The translations under genes and the position numbers were made by a program. Shown here piece by piece: positions 21,121-30,258 of a stretch of 64,000 nt of DNA; within the stretch, counting starts at the first letter, position 1, and each line of letters opens with the position of its first letter. Source of the stretch: an uncultured Chloroflexia bacterium (lineage in GTDB: Bacteria > Chloroflexota > Limnocylindria > Limnocylindrales > CSP1-4); NCBI GenBank assembly GCA_963707215.1, contig CAVPPB010000003.1, forward strand, positions 512,001 to 576,000, read 5' to 3'. The notes below the pieces were generated by a model, which saw only the letters and a program-made list of their open reading frames with translations, did not search any database and was not told the DNA's origin.

Positions 21121-23013
21121 TCAGGGCGCCACGACCGTCCGGGTGATCAGGTTGCCGAGATCGTCGCCGACCGCGTCGAGGGCCACGGTGTAGGTCAGCC
21201 CGCTGGCCAGGCAGCCCACCTCGACCTCGCCCGAGCCGGCCGGCCCCTGGGCCTCGATGATGCCGGCCAAGGTCGGGTCGCCGCTGGGCAGGCGGCCGTC
21301 GGACTGCGGGTACGCCCGCACCAGCACGCCGGTCGCCTCGATCCCCTCGAGCTCGTAGGCCACCGTGACCCGGTTGCAGACGCCCTGGAAGGCGGCGGCC
21401 TCGGGCAGGCAGTAGGCGACGTCGCCGAAGTCCACGGTCCGGGCGAGGCAGCTCGCCTCCGGGGAGCCCACGTCCGTCCGGATGAACGGCTGGACGAGGG
21501 CGTCCTGGGCGAGGTGGAGATACGGGGACAGCCCTTCGCCGAGCTCGAATACAGGCTCGGCGGCGACGGCCACGTCAAGGTCGAAGCGGAGTACCCCGCT
21601 GCCGGTCGTGAATGTGCCGACCGGGCTCGAGCTCCCGAAGAGACCACCGCCGGCGACCACCTGGAAGTGGTAGCTCGTCGAGGCGAGGACGTCGAGTCGG
21701 GCGACGATGGTCGTCGCACCAGGGAACGGCAGCGACAGCAGAGACGACGCCGTCTGGATCACCGCCGGCGAACCATCGGCCTCCCAGAACCGGACCTCGG
21801 CCGAGGACGGCGGATCGAGGGTGAAGGCGACCAGGGCGACATTGGGACGATCGGAGTCCACGCCGACGATCTCGATCCGCGGTCCGAAGAGCACCTCGAG
21901 GTCGGGGAACGGGATCTCGAAGACGCCCTCGATGCCGCCGGGACAACCGGGTGGCCTGGGCTCGTCGAGGCAGATCTCGAGGACCGGGATCGCCTCGAGG
22001 TCGCCGATGTCGCTCGGACCGACGACCGGCGGGTCGGACAGCTCGGGCGGCTCGGGTGGGACCTCGTCGCCGGCCTCGGGCGGGGCCGATGAGATGGGAC
22101 TCTCGCCCGGTGCCGGGCTGGCCGGCGCACCGCCGCCCGATGGCGGCAGCGGCAGCACGTCGGGACCCACCACGTCGGGCGGCGTCCCACCGGGCGGGAA
22201 GACCCAGGCGGCGAGGATCCGCGACGAGCCGCTGAAGGCCTGGCCGAACGCGTCGACGATCGAGGCCGGCCACCAGTCGCCCTGGTAGCCGCCGTGGCCG
22301 ATAGGGTCGATGACGTAGTAGGCCGGTGGGGTGATCCCATCGCCAGGGTAGTAGCCGTCGAGGTAGACGGCGTGAGGCCCCGTGAAGCTCGGCTGGAGCC
22401 GGATCGACGCCGGGATCTCGCCATAGATGCCCTGGATGACGGCCCCGTAGCCGGCCGCCAGGAGGCCCTTGAGCTGGCTCGGCGTCACCGCGCCGGTCCG
22501 GATGTCGACGCCGAAGCCGCGGAACAGGGCCTGGTCGAGGTCGTCGAGACCGACGCCGCCGACCTGGTCGTCCTGGAGGGTCCGGAGGATCGAGCCGGTC
22601 GTGACGATACCGAAGCCCAGGCGGGCCAGCATCGCCCCCGACGCGAGCGTGCAGTTGGCCCCCTGGAACGGCCCGCCGTCGAACTGGGTCACCGGCGGGA
22701 TCCTCGGGAAGCCCAAGGGTCGAGTGCCAGCGACAGGCTGGGCGTCGACAAGGGCGGCCGAGGCGAGGGCGAGGTCGGCCGGCGCAAGACCGGGCACGAC
22801 GACCGGCTGCTGCTGGGCATCGATGAGGTCGAAGGCGGCCGGCACCGACTCGAGGCCGGCCTCGGCCATGACGTACTCCGGCGCCTCGCGGGCGGTGGGC
22901 GCGAGCTCCTGCCGCCCGAGGACCGACGCCCCCACGAAGGCTGCCGAGCCGCCGACGACCACGGCGACCAGGAACACGACGAGCTTCGGGAGGAGGCCAG
23001 CAAGGGTGGTCAT
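21121..23013 (-). CDS. Exported protein with a peptidase C39-like domain and beta-sandwich domains
   Basis: Signal/TM segment; Q(FDG)...NC(TLAS)...H(AVYLDG)...ID(P) papain-like order; Pro-rich linker; ATGA overlap with the upstream gene. Confidence 0.75.
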   Translation of the reverse strand: MTTLAGLLPKLVVFLVAVVVGGSAAFVGASVLGRQELAPTAREAPEYVMAEAGLESVPAAFDLIDAQQQPVVVPGLAPADLALASAALVDAQPVAGTRPLGFPRIPPVTQFDGGPFQGANCTLASGAMLARLGFGIVTTGSILRTLQDDQVGGVGLDDLDQALFRGFGVDIRTGAVTPSQLKGLLAAGYGAVIQGIYGEIPASIRLQPSFTGPHAVYLDGYYPGDGITPPAYYVIDPIGHGGYQGDWWPASIVDAFGQAFSGSSRILAAWVFPPGGTPPDVVGPDVLPLPPSGGGAPASPAPGESPISSAPPEAGDEVPPEPPELSDPPVVGPSDIGDLEAIPVLEICLDEPRPPGCPGGIEGVFEIPFPDLEVLFGPRIEIVGVDSDRPNVALVAFTLDPPSSAEVRFWEADGSPAVIQTASSLLSLPFPGATTIVARLDVLASTSYHFQVVAGGGLFGSSSPVGTFTTGSGVLRFDLDVAVAAEPVFELGEGLSPYLHLAQDALVQPFIRTDVGSPEASCLARTVDFGDVAYCLPEAAAFQGVCNRVTVAYELEGIEATGVLVRAYPQSDGRLPSGDPTLAGIIEAQGPAGSGEVEVGCLASGLTYTVALDAVGDDLGNLITRTVVAP

Positions 23014-24017
23014 GTGAGGCAGAGGTCCACGGCCAGCGTGAGAGAGGGCGGACGGACCGGGAACCTGGTGCTGTTGCCCACGCTGTCGTACCCGACGACG
23101 TAGTAGTCGAGATACGGATCCGTCGGCGACCAGCCGATGCTATCCGCCACCGTAGACAGCGAAGCCACCCAGACGCCACCTGCGCCGGCGGCTGGCGCCA
23201 TGGCCTTCTGGTTGAAGGTCGATGCTCCCGGCTTGCGGAAGAAGAGGACCACGCGGGCGACACCCGACGGATCCGATGCTGTCACCGAGATCGTGGCGCT
23301 CGTCGGCCCGCACTGCGACGCTCCGTACCAGATCTTCGACACGCTGGAGCCGAGGTTCGACATGGTTGGGCCCGTCGTGTCGGGCGGCGGGGTCGGCGGT
23401 GGCGGCAGTGTCGGGGTCGCAGTCGGCGCTGGGGTCGGGGTCGGGCGTGGTGTGGCGGTCGGGCGTGGTGTGGCGGTCGGGCGTGGTGTGGCGGTCGGGC
23501 GTGGTGTGGCGGTCGGGGTCACCGCGGGGCTGGACGAGGGCGACGGGGACGGGGACGGGCTCGGCGAGGGCGACGGGCTCGGCTCGAAGCTGCCGACGAC
23601 CGTCAGCGTGGCGGTCGGTTCGGCAGTGGGCGGCGGGCTGCCCGCCTCGCCGCAGTCGACCACCTCGAGGTCCTCGAACGCCCCTGCAAGAGCGAGCGCC
23701 CCGGCCGCGACCCAACCCTCGGTGCGATCCGGGGCCGGGTAGTGGATGCGCAGCCAGGCGCCGTCGGCGGAGCGTCCGGTGACGAGCATCCGCTGCCCGG
23801 CCGGTGCACGGGCGAGGATCGGGCCGGCCTCTGGGCACGGGTAGATCGCCAGCAATTCGCCCGACGGTGACGGCTCGGCCGATGGCCCGATCGCGCCGCT
23901 GACGCCCACTCCAAGGGCCCCGCCGACGAGCAGGCCACCGACGACGATGGCCCCCGCCATCGGGGCCCCACCGAGCGACCCGACGAGCTTCGCGATCCAG
24001 GCGCTCAGCGCACTCAC
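23010..24017 (-). CDS. Membrane-anchored SH3b-like + Pro/Thr linker + Ig-like protein (start approximate)
   Basis: TM GAIVVGGLLVGG; VTGRSADGAWLRI...EGWV; DTTGP...DPSGV..V.L...YYVV..D..GN. Confidence 0.75.
   Translation of the reverse strand: MSALSAWIAKLVGSLGGAPMAGAIVVGGLLVGGALGVGVSGAIGPSAEPSPSGELLAIYPCPEAGPILARAPAGQRMLVTGRSADGAWLRIHYPAPDRTEGWVAAGALALAGAFEDLEVVDCGEAGSPPPTAEPTATLTVVGSFEPSPSPSPSPSPSPSPSSSPAVTPTATPRPTATPRPTATPRPTATPRPTPTPAPTATPTLPPPPTPPPDTTGPTMSNLGSSVSKIWYGASQCGPTSATISVTASDPSGVARVVLFFRKPGASTFNQKAMAPAAGAGGVWVASLSTVADSIGWSPTDPYLDYYVVGYDSVGNSTRFPVRPPSLTLAVDLCLT
23440..23511. repeat. 4 x 18 bp tandem repeat GTCGGGCGTGGTGTGGCG (encodes ATPRPT linker on the - strand)
   Basis: Four exact copies read directly from the sequence. 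Confidence 0.9.
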
Positions 24018-24111
24018 ATCACGGCGCCCTTCCCCGATCCCTCGAGATCGGACCTCAGGGGACGCGCCGCATCGAGCATACGCGCGACGGGTAGCGCTGC
24101 CACATGCATGC

Positions 24112-25179
24112 TCATCCTCCGGGCCGCCCGAACAGGCGGATCTCGCTGATCGCGGCGACGTCGAGCGGGCTGCCGGGCAGGTCCGTCGGCTGGGCTTCGT
24201 AGGTCGAGGCGATCTCGATCCGCACGGTCGTGGGCCCCTCTGAGAGCTCGAGATCGAGCCGCTGTGGCTGCTGCGAGTCCGCAAGCAGGAACGCCGCCGG
24301 TGGCCCGCCATCGACCGAGACGAGGACGTCCTTCGGGCGGAGGAGCCCCCGGAAGGCATCCGCGCTGGCCTGGTCCCCGGAGTAGATGACGACGAAGTCG
24401 AGATCGGCCGCCTCGAAGCTCACCTCGATCCACTCCCCCACCGCCCCGTCTGCACCCTCCTGCCAGGACGTGTCGAGCCGGCCGTCGATGGCCATGTCGG
24501 CGTCGACCGCGGCATCGTCGTCGCGGACGGACGAGGAGCTCGCACCGATCGGCAGGAGCGCCACGCTCTCGTCCTGGCTGGGGGTCGATCCCCCGCTCGG
24601 CGCGAGGGTCGGCGTCAGCGTCGGGGATGGCGGCCCCGGGGCGGACGTCGCCTCGGACGCTGCACCGCCGTCCCCGCCCAGCAGGATGCTCGCGCCGACG
24701 ACCACGAGGCCGACGAGCAGCCCGAGGCCCGCCACCGGCAGCAACCAGCCCGGCAGCCCGCCGGACGACGGGTCCGTACCTCCATGAGAACGGACCGGTG
24801 CGCGGGAGGGCTGCGGCGCGGGTGGGCGTGCCGCGGTCCCACCGGACGACGTCCCGGAAGGGCTCGCCGCCCGGGCGGACGTCGGCGCGGCTGCCGCAGC
24901 GAGGCGCTCGCCGCAGCTCTGGCAGAAGGTCCGGCCGCCCGGGTTCGAGGTCCCGCAGACGCGGCAGTGGATGGCGCCGGCCGTGGCCGTGTCGGGGGCG
25001 CTGGCGACCGTGTCGGGGGTGCTGGCCGCCACCATCGGCGACGCTGGCTCCGACGATGCCTCCCTCGGAGCATCGACCGAGTCGCCCTCCCAGGCGAGGT
25101 AGGCGCCGCATGATCCACAGAAGGTGTCGTCGGGCGCGTTCGCGGTGCCGCAGCGTCGACAGACGATCCGATCGGTCAT
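24112..25179 (-). CDS. Double zinc-ribbon / TM / discoidin-like (NADase-type glycan-binding) protein; CisA-like paralog 1
   Basis: CRRC..N...FCGSCG, CRVC..N...FCQSCG, one TM, AIDG..DTSW.EG...GEWI, RPKDV, AISEIRLF. Confidence 0.85.
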   Translation of the reverse strand: MTDRIVCRRCGTANAPDDTFCGSCGAYLAWEGDSVDAPREASSEPASPMVAASTPDTVASAPDTATAGAIHCRVCGTSNPGGRTFCQSCGERLAAAAAPTSARAASPSGTSSGGTAARPPAPQPSRAPVRSHGGTDPSSGGLPGWLLPVAGLGLLVGLVVVGASILLGGDGGAASEATSAPGPPSPTLTPTLAPSGGSTPSQDESVALLPIGASSSSVRDDDAAVDADMAIDGRLDTSWQEGADGAVGEWIEVSFEAADLDFVVIYSGDQASADAFRGLLRPKDVLVSVDGGPPAAFLLADSQQPQRLDLELSEGPTTVRIEIASTYEAQPTDLPGSPLDVAAISEIRLFGRPGG

Positions 25180-25191
25180 CCCTGCCGCCCC

Positions 25192-27297
25192 CTATCGTCG
25201 CAGGATGACGACCGGCGGCGGATCGCCGAGCCCTCGCTCCACGGGGAACCGCGGAGGCTGCGCCAGCGCAGACACGACGTCGAAGGCGGCCCGGACCTGC
25301 GGGAACGGCGGACCGCCGGCGGGATCGGCGACCAACTCTCGTGGCCCGCGCAGGTCGTTGTGGAACACGAGGACCTGGACCCGGAAGCTGCCGCTCCCGT
25401 CGGCCTCGATGGGCGCCAGCCTCGGCGTGGCACCGCGACTCCAGGTCAGGCTGATCTCGGCACCGGGCGGGAAGCCGGCCCCCGTGGCGATCGTCACGAT
25501 CCCGGGTCGACCAAGGGGAGGGTCGAGGTCCAGGCTCGCCAGCGATCCGCCACCGCGCAGCCGCACCGTCCGGGGCGAACCTGCCGCATCGTCCGCCATC
25601 TGGAGGACAGCGATCCGCTCCCCGGTCACCGTTGGCGTGAAGACCACCGATACCGTGCACGCCTCGGTCCGATAGAGAGAGCGACCGATGCAACCGTCGA
25701 AGACCACCGCGAAGTCGATCGCCGCGGTGCCGGTGATCGCCGAGCCAGCGCCCGTCAGCGGGGCCCAGCCGTCGTTGCGCAGGGTCGCCGCGGCCGGAGC
25801 CGTGGCGACGCCCAGCTGGCCCGACCCGAAGACCAGCTCGGGCGGGTCGATCCGCGGCACCGCCGGGAGGTCGCGTACGAACACGTCGGCTCGGTCGTTG
25901 CCGTCGCCCGCGACGAGCAGGCTCGATGTGGAGGCGAAGGCGACGTACCGGCCACCGCCTCCGATGGCCGGGGTCAGGCTCTGCCCGCCGCCGGGGCCAC
26001 CAGCCAGCGCCTCCGAGATCCGGATCGTCTCGCCGGCGACCAGGTCGCGCGCGTAGACCTCCGACGGACCTCGCAGCAGGGCGGCCGGCACGGCCCCGGG
26101 CACGGCGCTCCGGTCGATCCCCGTCATTGCAGGCGTGAGCCCCGTGCCGGTCGAGGCGAACGCCACGAACCGCCCGTCCCGGCTGATGGACGGCTGACCC
26201 GACGAGCCCGGCACCGGACCGCCATCGACGCTCACCGAGACGAGCGTCGTCGTCCCAGATCGACGATCCCGACGGAACACGTCGAGGGTCCCGACCGGGT
26301 CACCGGGGACGAAGGCCGAGGATGTGGACTCGAAGGCGACGAACCGGCCGTCCCCCGAGATGGCCGGCAGGGTGCTGGGCCCGTCAGCGTTCGTGACATC
26401 GCTGACCGCCTCGGTCACGCTGGTGTCGAGGTCGCGGACGAAGACGTCGACCTGACGGTTGACGTCTTCGCCTACGAGATCCGGGGCGTCGGACTGGAAC
26501 GCCACGACCCGGCCGTCCTGCGAGATGGCCGGCGCGCTGCTGGCGCCGCCGCCCGGACGGCCGACCCGGTTCCCCGAGACCAGAAGCGTCGTGCCGGCCT
26601 GTCGGTCGCGGACGAAGACCTGTTGGGTCCCGGTGGATGACCCTCGCCCAGCCCGGGACGCGAAGGCGACCAGCCGCCCATCACCGGAGACCGACGGCTC
26701 GGTGCTGTCCCGGATGGCCGTGCCGTCGCTCGCCAGCGAAACGATCTCGGTCGTGCCCGACGAGCGGCTCCAGGCCAACACCACCGGCAGCACCGCAAGA
26801 CCGGACGTGGCGCTGCTGGGCGGTCGGTAGACGAAGGCGACCAGGGATCCGTCGGCCGCGATCGACGGGTCGCCGGCCGACGCGCCCGGTGGCACCGGGG
26901 CGCCCCCCGGCAGCGGCAGTCGGATCGTCGTCCCGGCATCGCGGTCTCGGAGGAAGACGTCGACCACGCCGTTGGTGTCGCCGGTGACGAGGTCCGGCGC
27001 GCCCGAGGCGAAGGCGACGAACCGGCCGTCCTCCGAGATGGCCGGTTGGGCCGAGGGGCCGCCGGGCGATCCGCCGCCGACGCGGACCGACTCGCGAGTC
27101 GTGGTCCCCGGCGGTGGCGGGAGGGGGGCGGCGACGGGCGTCCTCGACGGCGGGAGGGCCGGCGGGTCGTTCGCCGGACGGCCGCCCGCACTCGACGGCG
27201 CCACCAGGGAGAGGGCGATCGCGAGGGCGATGGCCCTGGGTGGCCCGCGGCGACCTACGGGCGAAGGTAGCCCGAGTAGAGCACGGCCGGGTTGCAT
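25192..27297 (-). CDS. Secreted TolB-like (PD40) beta-propeller protein with C-terminal Ig-like domains
   Basis: Repeated P.IS.DGRFVAF.S....LV.GD.N...DVFVRD; signal-like RAIALAIALSLVAPSSA after in-frame ATG 27297. Confidence 0.85.
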   Translation of the reverse strand: MQPGRALLGLPSPVGRRGPPRAIALAIALSLVAPSSAGGRPANDPPALPPSRTPVAAPLPPPPGTTTRESVRVGGGSPGGPSAQPAISEDGRFVAFASGAPDLVTGDTNGVVDVFLRDRDAGTTIRLPLPGGAPVPPGASAGDPSIAADGSLVAFVYRPPSSATSGLAVLPVVLAWSRSSGTTEIVSLASDGTAIRDSTEPSVSGDGRLVAFASRAGRGSSTGTQQVFVRDRQAGTTLLVSGNRVGRPGGGASSAPAISQDGRVVAFQSDAPDLVGEDVNRQVDVFVRDLDTSVTEAVSDVTNADGPSTLPAISGDGRFVAFESTSSAFVPGDPVGTLDVFRRDRRSGTTTLVSVSVDGGPVPGSSGQPSISRDGRFVAFASTGTGLTPAMTGIDRSAVPGAVPAALLRGPSEVYARDLVAGETIRISEALAGGPGGGQSLTPAIGGGGRYVAFASTSSLLVAGDGNDRADVFVRDLPAVPRIDPPELVFGSGQLGVATAPAAATLRNDGWAPLTGAGSAITGTAAIDFAVVFDGCIGRSLYRTEACTVSVVFTPTVTGERIAVLQMADDAAGSPRTVRLRGGGSLASLDLDPPLGRPGIVTIATGAGFPPGAEISLTWSRGATPRLAPIEADGSGSFRVQVLVFHNDLRGPRELVADPAGGPPFPQVRAAFDVVSALAQPPRFPVERGLGDPPPVVILRR

Positions 27298-28500
27298 GGT
27301 CCGCCGTCGGTGCAGTTCAGCGACAGGTTGAGGTTCTGGCCTGGGGTGAGGACGATCGGCGTGACGAAGTGGAAGTCGAGATCGCGGAAGTTGGCGAGCT
27401 GGAGCTCCAGCAGCGGCGTCGAGTCCCGGAGCAGGACGATCGCGCCCTCGCGCCCGCTGGGGTTCGAGAACACGAGGTCGGTGATGAAGAGGGTGCCCGT
27501 GGCCGTGATCGACTCGGCGCCTTCCTGCAGCCGGCCATCGACGGGGTTCCCCAGACCCGGGATCATCGGTCCGGCCGGGGTCGGCGTCGGCGTCGGCGGG
27601 GCGACCGACTCGCCCGGCGCCGGGGTCGGCGTCGGGGTCGGTGCGGGCGCTCCACCGCCTGGACCCATGGTCGCCAGCCCGGCCGCCCCGAGCGCATCGT
27701 TCACGTCCTGGCGGAGCTCGGCGACCGGGGAGGCGACCGCCTCGGAGGCAGCCGAATTCGATCGCCGGCCGGAGGACGAAGAGCCAGAGCAGGATCGCGG
27801 CGATGACGAGGACGACCAGGGCGGCGATCGCCCGCCCGAACCACGGCGGCAGGAGCGACTCCTGGACCATCGTCCCGTCGAGCGCGATCGGCTGACCGTC
27901 CCCTGGCTGGACCCGGACCTGGAACGGGCGGGTCTGCGGAGCCCCACGCCAGAAACGCTTGGCCGGGCGGACACGGACCTTCGCGAAATCGGCCATGCCA
28001 GGTTCGATGACGAGCTCAGGCGGCACCACGTCGAGCCGGAGCAGTCGGTCGGCGTCCTCCGCCTCGATGGCGGCACTCAGGCGGACGTTCCCGCGGTTGT
28101 CGACCGCGAGGTCGTGCGTCGCGCTCCGGCTGCCCCGGGAGGTCCGAGGGACCAGCTCGGCGTAGGGCTCCTGGAAGGCCGCGACCTCGACGGTCGCCTC
28201 CTCGACGCTCGAGCCGGCCGGGTCCTCGCGAGATCGGGCCCGGAGCCCGTAGGTCAGGCTGCCTGCGGCGATGGCAGCGGCCCGAGGCGGCCGGAAGACG
28301 ACCCGACCCGACTCCTCCGTGCCGGGGAAGAGCGAGATGGTCGCCGGCTCCACGGTCGCCCACGCGGCCGCGTCACCGAGGACGTCGAGGGTGAACTCGT
28401 CGACAACGGTGCCGTCGTTCCGCAACCGGAACTCGACCGCCGCCTCGCCCCCAGGCTCGACCCCGATGCGCGGTGCCTGAAGCGTGACCGTTGCACCCAC
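27255..28500 (-). CDS. COG1470-like Ig-domain bitopic membrane protein; +1 frameshift at about 27755
   Basis: RLRNDGTVVDEF, DNRGN, TM AIAALVVLVIAAILLWLFVL; removing one T in GAATTCG joins it to the 27255..28076 frame (ESAASEAVA...YSGYLRP). Confidence 0.8.
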
Positions 28501-28570
28501 GGAGCGAGTGTGTCGTTCGATCCGCGTCGAGCGCTAGGTCCGGTAGCACCCTCCAGAGGGGCTTCCGGCC

Positions 28571-28586
28571 TTGCCCGAGAGGGCAG
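28571..28586. promoter_or_regulatory. Palindrome TTGCCC-GAGA-GGGCAG, candidate operator
   Basis: Lies in a divergent promoter region; the same arms occur at 31224-31239. Confidence 0.55.
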
Positions 28587-28713
28587 ACCCGCCCGCCATC
28601 GGTCGCCCGTTAAGCCCACGTGGAGCGCACGAAGAGCATCTCCGGCTATGGTCGGAGAGCGTTCCGCCGACGCGAACGACCCATGGCGGGACCGACAGGG
28701 AGGGGCACCCGTC

Positions 28714-29358
28714 ATGGTCGCCGAACCCGTTCCGATCACCAGCCGAGTCCCCGTCGTCGTCATCGCGACGGATCCCCTGCTCCGGGCCGGCATCGTCAGC
28801 CAGCTGCGGACCGGCCATGGCATCGTCATCGTCGGTGAGAGCGCACCGGAGGGGGCAGTGGGCCTGATCGTCGCCGAGGAGATGGACGAGACGACCGTCT
28901 CCGACATCCGGGCGCTGCGTGCCCGTGGCATCAGCCGGGTCGTCCTCCTGGTCACCCGGCTCGACGACCGGGCGCTGCTGGCAGCTGCCGAGGCCGGCGT
29001 GAGCGGTGTGGTCCGCCGGAGCGAGGCGACGGGACCCGCACTTGCCGGCGCCATCCGGTCGGCCGCAGCGGGCGAGGGCAGCCTCCCCCCTGACCTGCTC
29101 GGACGGCTCCTTCGCCACGTCGGCCAGCTCCAGCGGCAGATCCTCGCGCCGCGTGGGCTCACGCTGTCAGGGCTGACCGAGCGTGAGGCCGACGTGCTTC
29201 GACTGCTCGCGGAGGGGTGCGACACGGCCGAGGTCGGTCGGCGACTCTTCTACTCGGAGCGAACGGTCAAGAACATCATCCACGACGTGACCGCCCGGCT
29301 CGAGCTCCGTAACCGGACCCATGCCGTCGCCTACGCGATCCGCGAGGGCCTCATCTGA
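28714..29358 (+). CDS. LuxR/NarL-family regulator with a degenerate receiver domain
   Basis: LTEREADVLRLLAEG.DTAEVGRRLFYSERTVKN...LRNRTHAVAYAIREGLI; GGAGG RBS. Confidence 0.92.
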   Translation: MVAEPVPITSRVPVVVIATDPLLRAGIVSQLRTGHGIVIVGESAPEGAVGLIVAEEMDETTVSDIRALRARGISRVVLLVTRLDDRALLAAAEAGVSGVVRRSEATGPALAGAIRSAAAGEGSLPPDLLGRLLRHVGQLQRQILAPRGLTLSGLTEREADVLRLLAEGCDTAEVGRRLFYSERTVKNIIHDVTARLELRNRTHAVAYAIREGLI

Positions 29359-29391
29359 GCGAGGCCCGCTCTGGGATACCCAGGCGCCCCG

Positions 29392-30258
29392 TCAGGGCGT
29401 CGGGGCGGGCGCTGGCGCGGACTGGGTGGCTCCAGACGTCGATGTCGACCGTGTCGCGACGTTCGCGTTGATCGTCGTCCCGGCATTCCGACCGTGGTCG
29501 GTGTTCGCGTCGAACTCGGCGTTGGTGGCGGTCGCGGCGTTCTCGATCTGATCGATCCTCGCGTCGGCCGCGGCCTCGGTCAGGCCGACCAGCCTTGTGT
29601 GGATGTTCGCATAGGCCGCCTGGTCGATGGCGACGTGCTGCTGCTCGTGGGCCCGGAGCGCGGCCAGGAACCGGTCCCACTCTGCCTGCTCGGCCGGGCT
29701 GCCCTTGGAGCGATCGGCCCAGGTGGGGAGGGAGACTGTCTCGGTGACGGTGACGTTGGCGTACTTGACCCTACCGGAGGGGGTCGGCGTGTAGGCGATG
29801 TCGGAGAACTGCGAGGTGACGCTGCCGGCCTCGGTCCTCGCGGCGAGCTGGTTGGCGACGCTCAGGAAGTCGCCGCTGACCGAGTAGGTCGTGTTGACGA
29901 CGTTGATGACCGTGCTGCTGGAGGTGGCCGGCTCCTCCTCTTCACTGAGCTCCTCCGCCTCCACATCACCGTCGCCGTCCACCAGCTGGACCGGGACCTG
30001 CCGGGTCGACGCATCGATCGACCGCTGGGCGTGCGCCGGATCTGCCAGCAGGCTCGCGGTGGCCGCGTTGCCGATCCGCGGAGTGAGCCCGTCGACGATC
30101 CGGCGAGCCGACCCGCCGTCCGTGGCACGGACCAGCACGCTCCGGAGGAGGTCGACCCCGGCCTCGAACTCGGTGTCGGGGTCTCGATGGATCGCACCCC
30201 GGGCGCTGTCCGCGAGGTCCCGTGAGGAGGGCGCGCGTCGGTGAGCGCTGGCCTTCAT
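29392..30258 (-). CDS. DUF922-like putative Zn-metallopeptidase, candidate CIS cargo
   Basis: LPTW...EWDRFLAALRAHEQQH...FDANTDHG; ATGA-coupled to the DUF4157 gene. Confidence 0.75.
   Translation of the reverse strand: MKASAHRRAPSSRDLADSARGAIHRDPDTEFEAGVDLLRSVLVRATDGGSARRIVDGLTPRIGNAATASLLADPAHAQRSIDASTRQVPVQLVDGDGDVEAEELSEEEEPATSSSTVINVVNTTYSVSGDFLSVANQLAARTEAGSVTSQFSDIAYTPTPSGRVKYANVTVTETVSLPTWADRSKGSPAEQAEWDRFLAALRAHEQQHVAIDQAAYANIHTRLVGLTEAAADARIDQIENAATATNAEFDANTDHGRNAGTTINANVATRSTSTSGATQSAPAPAPTP

Noticed and set aside
25192-28500. 1102-aa ORF as a single giant fusion protein
   Set aside because: It arises from the +1 frameshift at about 27755. The middle section is off-frame Arg/Pro-rich text, and two separate genes explain the sequence better.
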